Part shown: piece after piece, positions 24,953 through 41,247 of the stretch
How the letters are laid out: each line of letters starts with the position of its first letter
How positions within the stretch are numbered: the first letter of the stretch is position 1
Source of the DNA: Escherichia phage vB_EcoM-Pr103Blw
DNA: 64,000 nucleotides
Sequence record: MW481326.1
Direction: 5' to 3' (one strand)
Made by a program: the position numbers and the translations under genes
The notes under the pieces: generated by a model
Told to the model about the DNA's origin: nothing
Seen by the model: the letters and a program-made list of their open reading frames with translations, nothing else
Databases searched by the model: none

Positions 24953-25526
24953 AAAAGGTCTAGTTAGAACCTTAGTGGATGTTATTGGTCACAGACTAGC
25001 TCGTGATAAAAATAATAGACCAAACGTAATTAGAGCTTACCCTTCTGATAACTCAAATGACAAAGGTTTAAAACCTGACCAGCCATTTATCACCGTATAT
25101 TGTCAAGATGCTGCAACACCTTATGGTTGGGTTCTTGATAAGTTTGTTGAGGATGATGTAGTTTGCTACAGAATTGCTTTTCAGATTCCTGTACTAATTA
25201 CGGTGAATGGTAAAGGTGCTCACAGCATCATGCTTGAGCTTAAACAACGATTAGAGATGAGTTCAGTCAGAGATTTAATTCTTGAAGAGACAGGAGCTAC
25301 AGTTCTAGACACTGGAGCTATTCCAAATGACTACACTTATCTTAATACAGATTTCGAAAATTCTGCACCTCTTGTTGTAACTCTTGTAAAAAATTCGGTC
25401 CTGAAAGATGAACGTGGAAGTATTATCGAACGTGTTATTGTGGATGGTGAATTAGTTTACGAAGAAGGACAAGAGCCACCAGAATATACTATCCATCTAG
25501 ATGTAGACTCCAAAGGGGTAAAATAA
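24927..25526 (+). CDS. hypothetical structural protein
   Basis: 199-aa ORF. Confidence 0.4.
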   Translation: MQLETAELEKGLVRTLVDVIGHRLARDKNNRPNVIRAYPSDNSNDKGLKPDQPFITVYCQDAATPYGWVLDKFVEDDVVCYRIAFQIPVLITVNGKGAHSIMLELKQRLEMSSVRDLILEETGATVLDTGAIPNDYTYLNTDFENSAPLVVTLVKNSVLKDERGSIIERVIVDGELVYEEGQEPPEYTIHLDVDSKGVK

Positions 25527-26879
25527 ATGTGGAATCCAATTGTTAATGTAGATATTACATTGAACACCGCAGGAACTACAAGAGAAGGTTTTGGGCTGCC
25601 ACTATTTTTAGCTTCAACAGATAATTTTGAAGAAAGAGTGCGTGGTTACACTTCCTTAACTGAAGTTGCTGAAGATTTCGATGAGAACTCTGCTGCATAT
25701 AAAGCTGCTAAACAACTTTGGAGTCAGACTCCTAAAGTAACTCAGCTTTATATTGGTAGACGTGCTATGCAGTATACTGTATCAATTCCTGATGAAGTTT
25801 CTGAAAGCACAGATTATTCTCTAACTGTAGCTGTTAGTGGTGGAGTTTCTCAGCCATTCCAGTACACTGCACAGTCAGAAGATACTGCTGAGAAAGTACT
25901 ACAGCAGTTTAAAACACAGATTGAAGCAGAGCCTTCTGTTAAAGACCTTGTTACAGTTAATGTAACTGGTTCTGGCGGTTCAGCAACAATGGTAATTACC
26001 AAAGCTGGTGATAATGACTTCGTGAAGGTGACTTCTACAGCACAAACAGTATCAATTGCAAGTACTACTGCTGACACAGCATCGACTGCTCTGGCAGCTA
26101 TTGAAGCTTATTCAACTGACTGGTATTTCATTGCAGCAGAAGACAGAACTCAACAGTTTGTCTTAGCAATGGCTTCTGAGATTCAAGCTCGCAAGAAGAT
26201 TTTCTTTACAGCTAACTCCGATGTAACAGCCCTACAAGGTACAGAATTAGCTAGTGCAAATGATGTTCCAGCACAACTTGCTAAGAATAAGTACACTCGT
26301 ACAGTTTGCTTGTGGCATCACACAGCAGCAGAAGATTATCCAGAAATGGCATACATTGCTTATGGTGCTCCTTATGATGCAGGTTCAATTGCTTGGGGTA
26401 ACGCACAGTTAACTGGTGTAGCTGCTTCTCTACAGCCATCTAACCAGAGACCTCTGACAAGTATTCAGAAGTCAGCTTTAGATGCACGTCACTGTAACTT
26501 TATTGACCTTGATGGTGGTGTTCCAGTGGTTCGTAGAGGGATTACTTCTGGTGGGGAATGGATTGATATCATCCGTGGTGTTGACTGGTTAGAATCAGAC
26601 CTGAAAACTTCTCTGAGAGACTTGCTAATTAATCAGAAGGGTGGTAAGATTACTTATGATGATACTGGTATTACCCGTATTCGTCAAGTCATTGAAACCT
26701 CTCTGCAAAGAGCAGTCAACAGAAACTTCCTGTCATCTTACACAGTTAATGTTCCTAAAGCCTCTCAAGTTGCTTTGGCAGACAAGAAAGCTCGTATCCT
26801 GAAAGATGTTACCTTCGCAGGTATCTTAGCAGGGGCTATCTTGGATGTTGACTTGAAAGGTACAGTGGCTTACGAATAA
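25527..26879 (+). CDS. tail sheath protein (putative)
   Basis: 450-aa ORF immediately before a about 150-aa tube-sized ORF and upstream of tape measure; by position and size only. Confidence 0.45.
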   Translation: MWNPIVNVDITLNTAGTTREGFGLPLFLASTDNFEERVRGYTSLTEVAEDFDENSAAYKAAKQLWSQTPKVTQLYIGRRAMQYTVSIPDEVSESTDYSLTVAVSGGVSQPFQYTAQSEDTAEKVLQQFKTQIEAEPSVKDLVTVNVTGSGGSATMVITKAGDNDFVKVTSTAQTVSIASTTADTASTALAAIEAYSTDWYFIAAEDRTQQFVLAMASEIQARKKIFFTANSDVTALQGTELASANDVPAQLAKNKYTRTVCLWHHTAAEDYPEMAYIAYGAPYDAGSIAWGNAQLTGVAASLQPSNQRPLTSIQKSALDARHCNFIDLDGGVPVVRRGITSGGEWIDIIRGVDWLESDLKTSLRDLLINQKGGKITYDDTGITRIRQVIETSLQRAVNRNFLSSYTVNVPKASQVALADKKARILKDVTFAGILAGAILDVDLKGTVAYE

Positions 26880-26894
26880 TAGAGGTAAATTGGA

Positions 26895-27341
26895 ATGGCT
26901 ATGTATCAGCAATATTCCCCTAAAGACGTTGTGTGTAGCTGGAATGGTATTGCCATTGAAGGCTTTGCCCCAGACTCATTCTTACGTCTACAGAGAACAT
27001 CACCACTTGTAACACCAGTTGTAGGTGCAGGTGGTCAAGTTGCTCTGACAAGAAATGCAGACAAGACAGGTACTATTGAGATTGAGCTAATGCAGACTTC
27101 TCTCTCTAACCAGATGCTTTCTGCAATTCAAGCTAAACAAGACAATATGGAACTTGAAGAAGATATCTCTTCTAACTTCGTAATCTACGACCCATCAGGC
27201 TCTGTTCTGGCAACTGGTATTAATGCTTGGTTGCAGGAATTACCACAGATTGAACTTGGTCGTGACCAGAACTCTAAGACTTGGATTTTTGGTTGTGAGA
27301 AGCTAGACTACACTTCTACAATTCCAGCGTCAAGTGTTTAA
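26895..27341 (+). CDS. tail tube protein (putative)
   Basis: 148-aa ORF after sheath candidate, followed by strong terminator. Confidence 0.4.
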   Translation: MAMYQQYSPKDVVCSWNGIAIEGFAPDSFLRLQRTSPLVTPVVGAGGQVALTRNADKTGTIEIELMQTSLSNQMLSAIQAKQDNMELEEDISSNFVIYDPSGSVLATGINAWLQELPQIELGRDQNSKTWIFGCEKLDYTSTIPASSV

Positions 27342-27353
27342 TAAATCCTATAA

Positions 27354-27386
27354 GGGGGAGACTTTAAAAGGTCTTCCCCTTTTTTG
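27354..27386 (+). terminator. Rho-independent terminator (9-bp stem GGGGGAGAC/GTCTTCCCC + TTTTTTG)
   Basis: Stem with one G-U, 8-nt loop, T6 tract. Confidence 0.65.
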
Positions 27387-27413
27387 TTTCTTTTAAAGTA
27401 TTAAGGAATCACA

Positions 27414-27812
27414 ATGAAAACAGAATTTAGAGTAATTAATGGTAAGAAAGTAAATATCGTTCTGCTTGGGGCAAGAGATGGTATTAAGATGTCTATGAAG
27501 TTGGGTAAAATTGTTGTTCCAACTTTTGCACAGATGCTGTCAAGTCTGACTGATAAAGATAAGAAAGAAGCTCCAATGGTTCCATTTAAAGAACTTGTTG
27601 AAGCTTGTTTTGACAGAATTGAAGAAATTAACCTTGAAGAAATGGCTACCTTACTATTTCAAGGGGCAACTGTTGATGACTTCCCACTAAATATTGATAC
27701 CTATTTCCAAGCAAACTACGGTGAATTTATTGACTACTTAGCATTTGCGCTGGAGGCAAACTTCGGAAGTTTTTTCGAAGCAAGCATTTTCAAAAGCCTA
27801 ACTTCTCAGTAA
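27414..27812 (+). CDS. tail assembly chaperone (putative)
   Basis: 132-aa acidic ORF immediately upstream of tape measure gene. Confidence 0.4.
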   Translation: MKTEFRVINGKKVNIVLLGARDGIKMSMKLGKIVVPTFAQMLSSLTDKDKKEAPMVPFKELVEACFDRIEEINLEEMATLLFQGATVDDFPLNIDTYFQANYGEFIDYLAFALEANFGSFFEASIFKSLTSQ

Positions 27813-27814
27813 AC

Positions 27815-28053
27815 ATGGGTAACACTCTACAGACACCACTAACTGATGCTGCTGTAGAGGCAACCTATGAAGAAGCAGACGAGATGAAATTTGTGCTTGC
27901 TATTTATGGTATGGAAGGGTGTAAAGAAACACTTGACCAACTCTTTGCTATGACATTCTCTGATTTATTATCATTGAGACAATTTCTTGAGATTCAGAGG
28001 TCGTATAAAGAGGAAATTGCTTACAACGAACTTAGAAGAGCAGGAAAAATGTA

Positions 28054-28054
<1 letters not shown>
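27815..28054 (+). CDS. hypothetical protein (second chaperone-position ORF)
   Basis: 79-aa ORF, ATGA overlap with tape measure start. Confidence 0.35.
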
Positions 28055-33438
<5,384 letters not shown>

Positions 33439-33439
<1 letters not shown>

Positions 33440-34908
33440 TGGCAGGATTAACTACAACAGGATTACAAACTCTAAGATATCAGGAAATTTTTGATAATAT
33501 CAAATCAAGACTTCTTAGAGATATTTCACCAAACCTTGACGTTTCTGAAGATAGCCAATTAGGTCTCTTCCTAGCTTCAATTGCAAGGTCTTTAGCAGAT
33601 ACACATGAGATTCTATCAGAAATCTATGACGGCGGGACAATTGACAAGGCTGAAGGATTTAACCTTGATGATATTACAGCTTTGAATGCTGTATACAGAT
33701 ATGTTGCTCAGGCAACAAGAGGTCAAGTTGAGTTTACTGGAACTACTGGTGCTACCATTCCTTCAACAACAAGATTAAGAAGTACTGCCGGAAACATCTT
33801 TTATCCAGTTAATAACATTACCCTTACTCCATCATATTGTGTTGAAGCTACACTTGAAGTTAACTCTTTACGAACTGATGCAGATTATGTTATTATTATT
33901 GATAACGTCATTTTCTCATATAAACCAACCTCATTAGACACAATCACTACGCTGCTAACAAAATTAGCAGAAGCTATTAATGGTGGTATTGTAGCAAAAG
34001 CAGAAGTCATTAATGATGGAGCCGCATTAAGAGTCTATAAAGACGAAGGTGATATCATTGCAAGAACAAACCCTATGGTTGTCACTGCAACAACGTTTCT
34101 GACCTTTACAAAGATTACAACTATTTCAGATGTAGTAGCTGAAGAGGTTGGTGCTACCCCTGCTTTGGCTGGTACGCTTATTGAGATTGAGACAACTGTT
34201 GATGGTCTTGACAGTATTTATAACAGGTATGACTTAACAACTGGTAGAAACGAAGAAACTGACACAGAACTTAGACAGAGATATTTAGAATCCTTAGCAG
34301 TTACTGGTGTAGGGACTTTGGATGCAATTGTGGCTGCTGTTAAAAGAGTTCAAGGGGTCTCAGATGCTTCAGGTGTTGAAAATGATACTGAAGAGACGAA
34401 CTCAGAAGGTCTTCCACCAAAATCTTTTAAGATTGTCGTAGTTGGTGGTCAAAACGATAATGTTGCTCAAGCAATCTGGGATACAAAACCTGCTGGTATT
34501 AGGGCTTATGGCTCGATTTTTGGCACAGCCTATGATTTAGGTGGTTTAGCACATAATATTTATTTTAGCAGACCAACACCAAAATACGCATTTGTTAAGG
34601 TGTCTTACTCATTATATGACGAAGAAAGTTTGACAATCCCTGAAGAAGATATCAGAGATAGTATTGTGCAAGGTATTAACGCCTACGGAAGAACTCTTAA
34701 GGTTGGTAATGATGTTATCCCTAACAGAATTTATGGGTACATCTATGACGTAATCAAAGGTATTGAGATTAATGAGGTGAAAGTAGCATTATCAAACAGC
34801 CAATCAGTTCCACCTAGTGACGGACAATATACTACAGCAAGAATTACTGTTGACGGTGACCAATATACTGTTTGGGAAAGTAGCCAGTATACCATCACTA
34901 AGGAGTAA
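33439..34908 (+). CDS. baseplate protein (gpJ-like, putative)
   Basis: 489-aa ORF, position. Confidence 0.4.
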
Positions 34909-34910
34909 TA

Positions 34911-35765
34911 ATGTTTGAAAAGATTGATAGTGTTTACTATAAAACACTTGATGAAAGGACTGTAACACAGTTTAAAGATAAATTTATCTATACAAGTATC
35001 TTGAAAGCAATCACTGATGAATTACAAACTCTAGAGGATGTTTGCTGGCAGATGCACACAGAGAGAAATATCAGGACGTCAGTAGGCCAACAACTTGATA
35101 ACATTGGCTCACTGATTAAAGTTCCTAGACCTTTAGGTGCAGATGATGAAACATATAGGGCTATGCTTTATATCCAAATCTTCCTAAGACGCTCTGACAC
35201 CACCCCAACATTCTTGCAAAAAGCAATTATGACGCTATATGGTGCAACTTTCTCTCAGATTTTTGAGCATATTACTCCTAAGACTGGTGGTATCGTTATC
35301 CGTATCAACACTAGAAAAAGCGTTCTAGATGCTGCATATACATTGTCAAAGATTTCTGCAACAACTACTGGCTCCGCTGTCATCTTAAGAGATGTTACTT
35401 TAAATGGAACTGCTTGGACTCCTGTAGAGGTTGCTGATTCATCACTTGCTATTGTTGATGATAAAGAGAACTGGTTTGTAACTGATGCTAACAGAGGTCT
35501 TGTCACAAATAACACTGGCGGCTCTCTGGAGTCCAACTTAGTAGGTAGTCTTGCAGATGCTGGTGTTATTGATGGTTACTTTAAGGTTGACAGAACAGCA
35601 AACCCACAGAGCGATGATTATATGACTGTAGATAGGTCTAATAATAGTGGCTATTTCATTGCTGGTAAAGAAGCTATTGCAGGTGGTGCATATGGAATCA
35701 TGGCTGAGGTTGCACAAATTGTCAAAGGCAGAAAAGATAAATCACAACAAGAAGGAAATTCTTAA
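34911..35765 (+). CDS. baseplate/tail-fiber-associated protein (putative)
   Basis: 284-aa ORF. Confidence 0.4.
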   Translation: MFEKIDSVYYKTLDERTVTQFKDKFIYTSILKAITDELQTLEDVCWQMHTERNIRTSVGQQLDNIGSLIKVPRPLGADDETYRAMLYIQIFLRRSDTTPTFLQKAIMTLYGATFSQIFEHITPKTGGIVIRINTRKSVLDAAYTLSKISATTTGSAVILRDVTLNGTAWTPVEVADSSLAIVDDKENWFVTDANRGLVTNNTGGSLESNLVGSLADAGVIDGYFKVDRTANPQSDDYMTVDRSNNSGYFIAGKEAIAGGAYGIMAEVAQIVKGRKDKSQQEGNS

Positions 35766-36067
35766 TGGCAGTTCTAAATTGGTCTACAAACGAAGTAGAT
35801 ACTGATGGTAATCAGTTAAAAGTTTTACCACCACCGGAAGTTCAAGAGACAGGTCTTTTAAAGGGTGAGCCTATGGGTAGACAGTGGTTCAACTATATTA
35901 TCAACTACCTGCTGAATAAAGTAAATGGCACTGTTGGTGAAGTTCGTTCATATGCAACTGAGCAACCAGATTTAGTGGCTAATGGCTGGAATCTCATTAA
36001 GTCTGAGACAGGGACTGCATCAACAAGTACAAGAAACCTTTACACATATGAATACGTAGGAGCTTAA
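35765..36067 (+). CDS. hypothetical tail protein
   Basis: 100-aa ORF. Confidence 0.4.
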   Translation: MAVLNWSTNEVDTDGNQLKVLPPPEVQETGLLKGEPMGRQWFNYIINYLLNKVNGTVGEVRSYATEQPDLVANGWNLIKSETGTASTSTRNLYTYEYVGA

Positions 36068-36069
36068 TA

Positions 36070-37245
36070 ATGGCAGTAGGTGAAATTCAAATTAGTGCCT
36101 TGCCACAAGCGGCCTTACCAGTTGATTTGAGTGATATCTTCCACCTTAAGCAAGGTGTTGAGGATAAAAGATGTACGCTTGAGCAGTTGTTAGCACCTCA
36201 CGCATCTTTGAGGAATAACCCTCATGGTGTAACTAAATCACAAGTAGGTCTTGATAATGTTATTAACTCTCTTCAATTAGTTGCAGCTAATAACTTGTCA
36301 GATATTGTAAGTGTTGCTGAGGCAAGAGCAAATCTACAAATTATGTCGTCAGAGGAAGTGAATAACTTAATTCAGCAACATATTGACGACAAAAGTAACC
36401 CACACAATACAACGAAAGCGCAGGTCGGTTTAAGTAATGTTCAGAACTGGACAACATCTAATCTGTACAATGAAGATGCTGATAAGTATGCTACCGCGAG
36501 AGCAGTGAATAATTTATACAAAGCTATCCAAGCATCATATCCAGTAGGGACTATTCATCTATCTGTTAACTCTGCTAACCCATCCACTTACTTGCTTTGT
36601 GGAGGTACTTGGGAGTTAGTTTCCAAAGGTAGAGCACTAGTTGGTTATGATACAGATTCTAGACCTGTTGGTTCAATGTTTGGTTCTCAGACTGTAGCAT
36701 TAACAAATAATAATTTACCAGCGCATACTCACTCTATCTATCTAACAGGTGGTGGTCATACACACTCTGCAAGCGTATCTATCTCTAGCTTTGATTATGG
36801 TTCAAAAAGTACATCGACTTTTGATTATGGTACGAAGACAACTAACAGTGCTGGTGCTCACACGCACACGTTTAGTGGCACAACAAGCAATGCTGGTAAC
36901 CACAACCATAGAGTACCTATGAGGGGTAATGATAGAGGTGGTACAAATGCTATTACTGCATCTGCTGATGCTGGTGTTGGTAATGCTATGTATACTGATT
37001 TAGCTGGTGCTCACACCCATAGCTTCTCAGGCACAACTGCATCATCTGGTGCTCATAGTCATACTGTTGCAATTGGTGCTCATAGTCACACTGTTAATAT
37101 TGGTTCACACAGTCATACAGGTACTGTTACTGTTTCTAGCTCCGAGCATACACACTCAGGAACATCTGGTTCTGTTGGTGGTGGTCAAGCTTTCAGTATT
37201 GAGCAACCATCTTTTGTAGTATATGTGTGGCAGAGAACAGTTTAA
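36070..37245 (+). CDS. tail fiber protein with His-rich C-terminal repeats
   Basis: C-terminus has reiterated HTHS / AHTHTFSGTTS / GAHSHTV blocks, resembling metal-binding HxH tips of T-even fibers. Confidence 0.6.
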   Translation: MAVGEIQISALPQAALPVDLSDIFHLKQGVEDKRCTLEQLLAPHASLRNNPHGVTKSQVGLDNVINSLQLVAANNLSDIVSVAEARANLQIMSSEEVNNLIQQHIDDKSNPHNTTKAQVGLSNVQNWTTSNLYNEDADKYATARAVNNLYKAIQASYPVGTIHLSVNSANPSTYLLCGGTWELVSKGRALVGYDTDSRPVGSMFGSQTVALTNNNLPAHTHSIYLTGGGHTHSASVSISSFDYGSKSTSTFDYGTKTTNSAGAHTHTFSGTTSNAGNHNHRVPMRGNDRGGTNAITASADAGVGNAMYTDLAGAHTHSFSGTTASSGAHSHTVAIGAHSHTVNIGSHSHTGTVTVSSSEHTHSGTSGSVGGGQAFSIEQPSFVVYVWQRTV

Positions 37246-37255
37246 TTTCTTTACA

Positions 37256-37275
37256 GGGGCTTTATAGCCCCTTTT
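37256..37275 (+). terminator. Rho-independent terminator GGGGC-tttata-GCCCC + TTTT
   Basis: GC stem plus T-run between the two fiber genes. Confidence 0.5.
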
Positions 37276-37291
37276 AAGAGGAAAATTCATA

Positions 37292-39664
37292 ATGGCAGAT
37301 TACAAATTGAGTCAATTAAACTCAATCGACACAATTCGTTCAGAAGACCTATTGCACATCAGAGTTAAGAAAAGACCTGAAATGTTGGGTGACGAAGACC
37401 GTAGAATGACCTATCAAGACTTCTTAGCTTCCTTCAAACTAGAAAGGTTTGTTCAGATTGCTGGTAGCACTATGACGGGTGATTTAGGTATTGTCAAGTT
37501 ACTTTACGGTGGCAAGGCTGTATTTGACCCTACAGGCTCTTCTGAGATTACTATTGGGGATATTTTAAAGACTTTTAAAATTAACTCAAATGGTCTTAAA
37601 CTCACTATTGCAGATGCTTCAAGGTCAGCAACTGTTTATCATACTTTGAATAAACCAAGCCCTAATGAACTTGGTATGAGAACTAATGAAGAGAATGATG
37701 CGAGATATGCAAGACTTGCTGTCACAAACACATTCTCTGGAACTCAGAACATTCAAGGTGATGCTAACTTACTTCGCCTTAGAAACCAAAATGCAAACAA
37801 TGCACAATACATTGAAGGTGTAAACCTAGATGGTTCAGCTAGATGGTGGGTTGGTATTGGTAGTAATGGTTCTGATGAAGTGAAGCTGTATAATAACAAA
37901 TATAATTCAGCCTTGACTGTTGCAAGCAATATCTCTGTTAATAAATCTTTAGCAATCACTGGTCAAGTTCAACCTTCAGATTTCTCTAACTTAGATGCTA
38001 GATACTTCACTCAGACAGTTGCTAATCAGAGATTTGCACAGTTAGCTGCTAATAACAATTTTACTGGAACAAACACATTCAGCAGAAACCTCACCATCAT
38101 CAGTGATAGTGCTGCTTTAAGGTTGAAAAATGCAACAGCTAGCTCACTATTCATTCAGGGTGTTGACTCTCAGAACACTAACAGGTGGTATGTAGGGAAC
38201 GGGGATAACACAGCCTCTGTGCTGTTACACAACTATGTACACGGTTCAAATATTAGGCTTGATAATGGCTATATCTCAGTCAACCAGAACTTCAGAATCA
38301 CTGGTCAAGTTCAACCTTCAGATTGGGCTAACATTGACTCTAGATATATTCCGGCAGCAACATTAAGTACTATTGCAAGAACTAATGCACAAAACACTTT
38401 TAACGGTGTACAGAAAGTTGTTACGGATAATGAAGCTCTAATTTTGAAAAACTCTACTCAGAACAGACCATTGTATATCCGTGGTGTGGACACTGCTAAT
38501 GTGTCAAGGTGGTGGGTAGGTGTTGGTGGGGCAGATACTAATGATGTTACCCTAAATAACAGTTTTTCTGGCACTCAGTTAGTTTTAGGTAACTCATCTG
38601 CAAGCATCAATAAGACACTATCTCTGACTGGACAGATTCAACCTTCAGATTTCTCTAACTTAGATGCCAGATATTATACGCAATCTGTCGCAAACTCTAG
38701 GTACATGCTTGCTGTATCTACTGGTTCTGGTACAGAGGTTGGTGATGGAGATGGTATTGCTTGGAATGCTAGAACTGGTTTGTATAATGTTACAGGGAAA
38801 ACTGGCGGTTCAACACAACTGGTTTATCAGATGTTTATCGGTGGTGGTTCAACACCAACTGCACAGTTGAAGTTTAGCTACGGGAATGGTGGTATTTTGT
38901 ACAGGACAGCACGAGATGGGTATGGTTTTGAGAAGGCATGGGCTAAAATCTATACAGACCAAGATAAACCAACCCCTTCAGATATTGGTGCATACACTAA
39001 AGCAGAAACTGACCAGAGAATCGCAGAAGCAATTAGTGACTCTACAGACCTGAATAAAATCTATCCAGTAGGTATTGTGACGTGGTTTAACAGTAATGTC
39101 AACCCCAACACAGCACTTCCTGGGTTAACTTGGACGTACCTGAACAATGGTGTTGGTAGAACTATTAGAATTGCAGCAGCAAACGGTTCAGATGTTGCTA
39201 CAACTGGTGGTTCAGACTCTGTAACGTTATCTGTTGGTAACTTACCTTCACATACACACAGCTTCTCTGCTACCACTTCATCATTTGATTATGGTACTAA
39301 GACTTCTAGCACAACTGGTAACCATAACCACAACAGAGGTACTATGGAGATTACTGGTACAGTGGGTTACTTTAGAAGTGACTCTAGCAGCTTCTACACA
39401 GCAAGTGGTGCATTCACACTTGGTAGCTCAACTGCTTCTAAAGGCTTCACTGGTTCTAACTTTACTTATGGTATCCCTGCTAACTTTAATGCGTCAAGAA
39501 CTTGGTCTGGCGTTACTAACACAACTGGTAACCATAACCATACTGTAGGTATTGGTGCTCACAACCACACAGTTAGCGGTAACACAGGTGGTACTGGTTC
39601 TGGTTCAGCATTTAGTGTTACTAACCAGTTCTATAAGTTAATGGCTTGGGTAAGAACTGCTTAA
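37292..39664 (+). CDS. long tail fiber protein with three internal tandem repeats and His-rich C-terminal tip
   Basis: 790 aa; about 110-aa unit containing ITGQVQPSDFSNLDARY repeated three times; C-terminal GNHNHTVGIGAHNHTVSG. Confidence 0.65.
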   Translation: MADYKLSQLNSIDTIRSEDLLHIRVKKRPEMLGDEDRRMTYQDFLASFKLERFVQIAGSTMTGDLGIVKLLYGGKAVFDPTGSSEITIGDILKTFKINSNGLKLTIADASRSATVYHTLNKPSPNELGMRTNEENDARYARLAVTNTFSGTQNIQGDANLLRLRNQNANNAQYIEGVNLDGSARWWVGIGSNGSDEVKLYNNKYNSALTVASNISVNKSLAITGQVQPSDFSNLDARYFTQTVANQRFAQLAANNNFTGTNTFSRNLTIISDSAALRLKNATASSLFIQGVDSQNTNRWYVGNGDNTASVLLHNYVHGSNIRLDNGYISVNQNFRITGQVQPSDWANIDSRYIPAATLSTIARTNAQNTFNGVQKVVTDNEALILKNSTQNRPLYIRGVDTANVSRWWVGVGGADTNDVTLNNSFSGTQLVLGNSSASINKTLSLTGQIQPSDFSNLDARYYTQSVANSRYMLAVSTGSGTEVGDGDGIAWNARTGLYNVTGKTGGSTQLVYQMFIGGGSTPTAQLKFSYGNGGILYRTARDGYGFEKAWAKIYTDQDKPTPSDIGAYTKAETDQRIAEAISDSTDLNKIYPVGIVTWFNSNVNPNTALPGLTWTYLNNGVGRTIRIAAANGSDVATTGGSDSVTLSVGNLPSHTHSFSATTSSFDYGTKTSSTTGNHNHNRGTMEITGTVGYFRSDSSSFYTASGAFTLGSSTASKGFTGSNFTYGIPANFNASRTWSGVTNTTGNHNHTVGIGAHNHTVSGNTGGTGSGSAFSVTNQFYKLMAWVRTA
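37740..38735 (+). repeat. three tandem about 330-bp coding repeats within tail fiber gene
   Basis: Repeated peptide blocks (LxLKN ... RWWVG ... TGQVQPSD(F/W)(S/A)N(L/I)D(A/S)RY). Confidence 0.6.
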
Positions 39665-39743
39665 TCCCTTGTTGACTGATTGTTAAGATGGTGTTAATAT
39701 TCTTTATGGGTATTCTCACCATCTTGGCTGATGAGGTGATTAA

Positions 39744-39941
39744 ATGCCTACAATCCTAGCAATTCTTCTAAAAAATCTAGGTAGCTTCTTCTGGAAACTC
39801 ATTTTATCCCTTCTAAGTGAATACATGATTGAGAAAGTGTTCTTTAAGCTTGCAAGATATCTTGCGAGTAAGACAGACACACCTATTGATGATGAGTTCG
39901 TAGATAACTTAGAAAAAGCTTTTAAGGGGGAGAATAAATGA
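39744..39941 (+). CDS. small hydrophobic protein (holin-like candidate)
   Basis: 65-aa ORF with hydrophobic N-terminus ILAILLKNLGSFFWKLILSLL. Confidence 0.35.
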   Translation: MPTILAILLKNLGSFFWKLILSLLSEYMIEKVFFKLARYLASKTDTPIDDEFVDNLEKAFKGENK

Positions 39942-40309
39942 AGTGGCTAGAGGATGCTTTTAAAAATAATATTGGTGCAATTGTAGTTGGTATTTTTAGT
40001 GTTATTGGGATGTATACCACGATGCAAGTTTCAAGTGGTAAGCAAGAAGTGTCTGTCACAACGAAGTTACAGCAGCTAGATAATTATTCCAAAAGTAACT
40101 ATTCAGCTATTCGTGATTTACAGTCTGACATGAGACTTATTCAGTTAGGGATGGAGAATCAGAAAGTTCAGTTAGAGAATGTTAAGGGTGAGAATGCAAA
40201 ACTTACCAAAACTCTTGATAAGTTCTCTGACAGTGTAAATAATCTGGCTCAATCAGTATCAGCCCTCCAAGCTATTACTGAGAAGAACACAAAAAGTACT
40301 GAAAAATAA
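39938..40309 (+). CDS. membrane-anchored coiled-coil protein (i-spanin-like or assembly factor)
   Basis: 123-aa ORF: N-terminal TM segment IGAIVVGIFSVIGMYTTM then helical region. Confidence 0.4.
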   Translation: MKWLEDAFKNNIGAIVVGIFSVIGMYTTMQVSSGKQEVSVTTKLQQLDNYSKSNYSAIRDLQSDMRLIQLGMENQKVQLENVKGENAKLTKTLDKFSDSVNNLAQSVSALQAITEKNTKSTEK

Positions 40310-40315
40310 AGTTTA

Positions 40316-40343
40316 AGGCTCCCGTAAAAAGGAGCCTTTTTTG
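40316..40343. terminator. bidirectional Rho-independent terminator AGGCTCC-cgtaaaaa-GGAGCCT + TTTTTT between convergent gene blocks
   Basis: 7-bp GC-rich stem with T/A tracts on both sides; structural block ends 40309, thyA ends 40347. Confidence 0.7.
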
Positions 40344-40346
40344 TTT

Positions 40347-41246
40347 CTACTTACCTACTGACAAAGGTGCTTCAATCTTTCCTGCATGTTGGTAGTTGTA
40401 AATGCCACCAATAAAATCACTTGCAGTAAGGTGTTTTAGGTCACTTAGTGTGCTAAGTGGCACACCAATCTCAAAAGTAGGTGCATGGAAATCTTCATTG
40501 TTCATCAGTTCATAAACCTGCTTCATATGGTTCTGATAAATCTGGGTATCCCCAAAGACACCTATCAAGTACCGTGGAGTGTATCCAGTCATCTTGCAAA
40601 GAACTTCTAAGATGAAGCCATAAGACGCAATGTTAAATGGAAGCCCTAAAAAGGTGTCTACAGAACGTTGATACCATTGCAAGTCAACTTCACCTTCGTT
40701 AGTGATATAAATCTGAAACAGAACATGACAAGGTGCTAAAGCCATTGAGTTTGCTGCGATATCTGCTGCATTCCAAGCATTAACAAGCATGTATCGGTCT
40801 GTGATATCACCCTTCATCTTCGTTACTAAGGTCTCTAGCTGGTCTACAACACAACCGTTATGACCTTCAAAGTTTCTCCACTGAACTCCATAGATTCTCC
40901 CACCTGCATCCTCTAACCAATCTTGTTCAGAAGAATAATTAGAGCTTAACCAACGTTTAAAATCATCTGACCAGATAGTCCAGCGTTCTCCGTCATTTTC
41001 ATCCCAAGTACGGTAACGAAGTTCACCCAGCTTATTCTCACCATTCAGGAACCATAAAGCCTCCCCAATAACTTGCCGTGTAAACACCTGTTTAGATGTT
41101 AAGAGCGGGAAACCAGTTCGCATATCAAAACGAAACTGAGGTGGAGCAAATGCAGAGATAACATCTCCAGTTCGTGTAGTACGCAGTTCACCAACGGATA
41201 AAACATGGTTCAGGATATTTTTGTAACTCAAATCAGCTTGTGACAT
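40347..41246 (-). CDS. thyA: thymidylate synthase (ThyA family)
   Basis: Active-site motif LAPCHVLFQ (P-C-H) and IYGVQWR block; 299 aa. Confidence 0.75.
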   Translation of the reverse strand: MSQADLSYKNILNHVLSVGELRTTRTGDVISAFAPPQFRFDMRTGFPLLTSKQVFTRQVIGEALWFLNGENKLGELRYRTWDENDGERWTIWSDDFKRWLSSNYSSEQDWLEDAGGRIYGVQWRNFEGHNGCVVDQLETLVTKMKGDITDRYMLVNAWNAADIAANSMALAPCHVLFQIYITNEGEVDLQWYQRSVDTFLGLPFNIASYGFILEVLCKMTGYTPRYLIGVFGDTQIYQNHMKQVYELMNNEDFHAPTFEIGVPLSTLSDLKHLTASDFIGGIYNYQHAGKIEAPLSVGK

Positions 41247-41247
41247 A

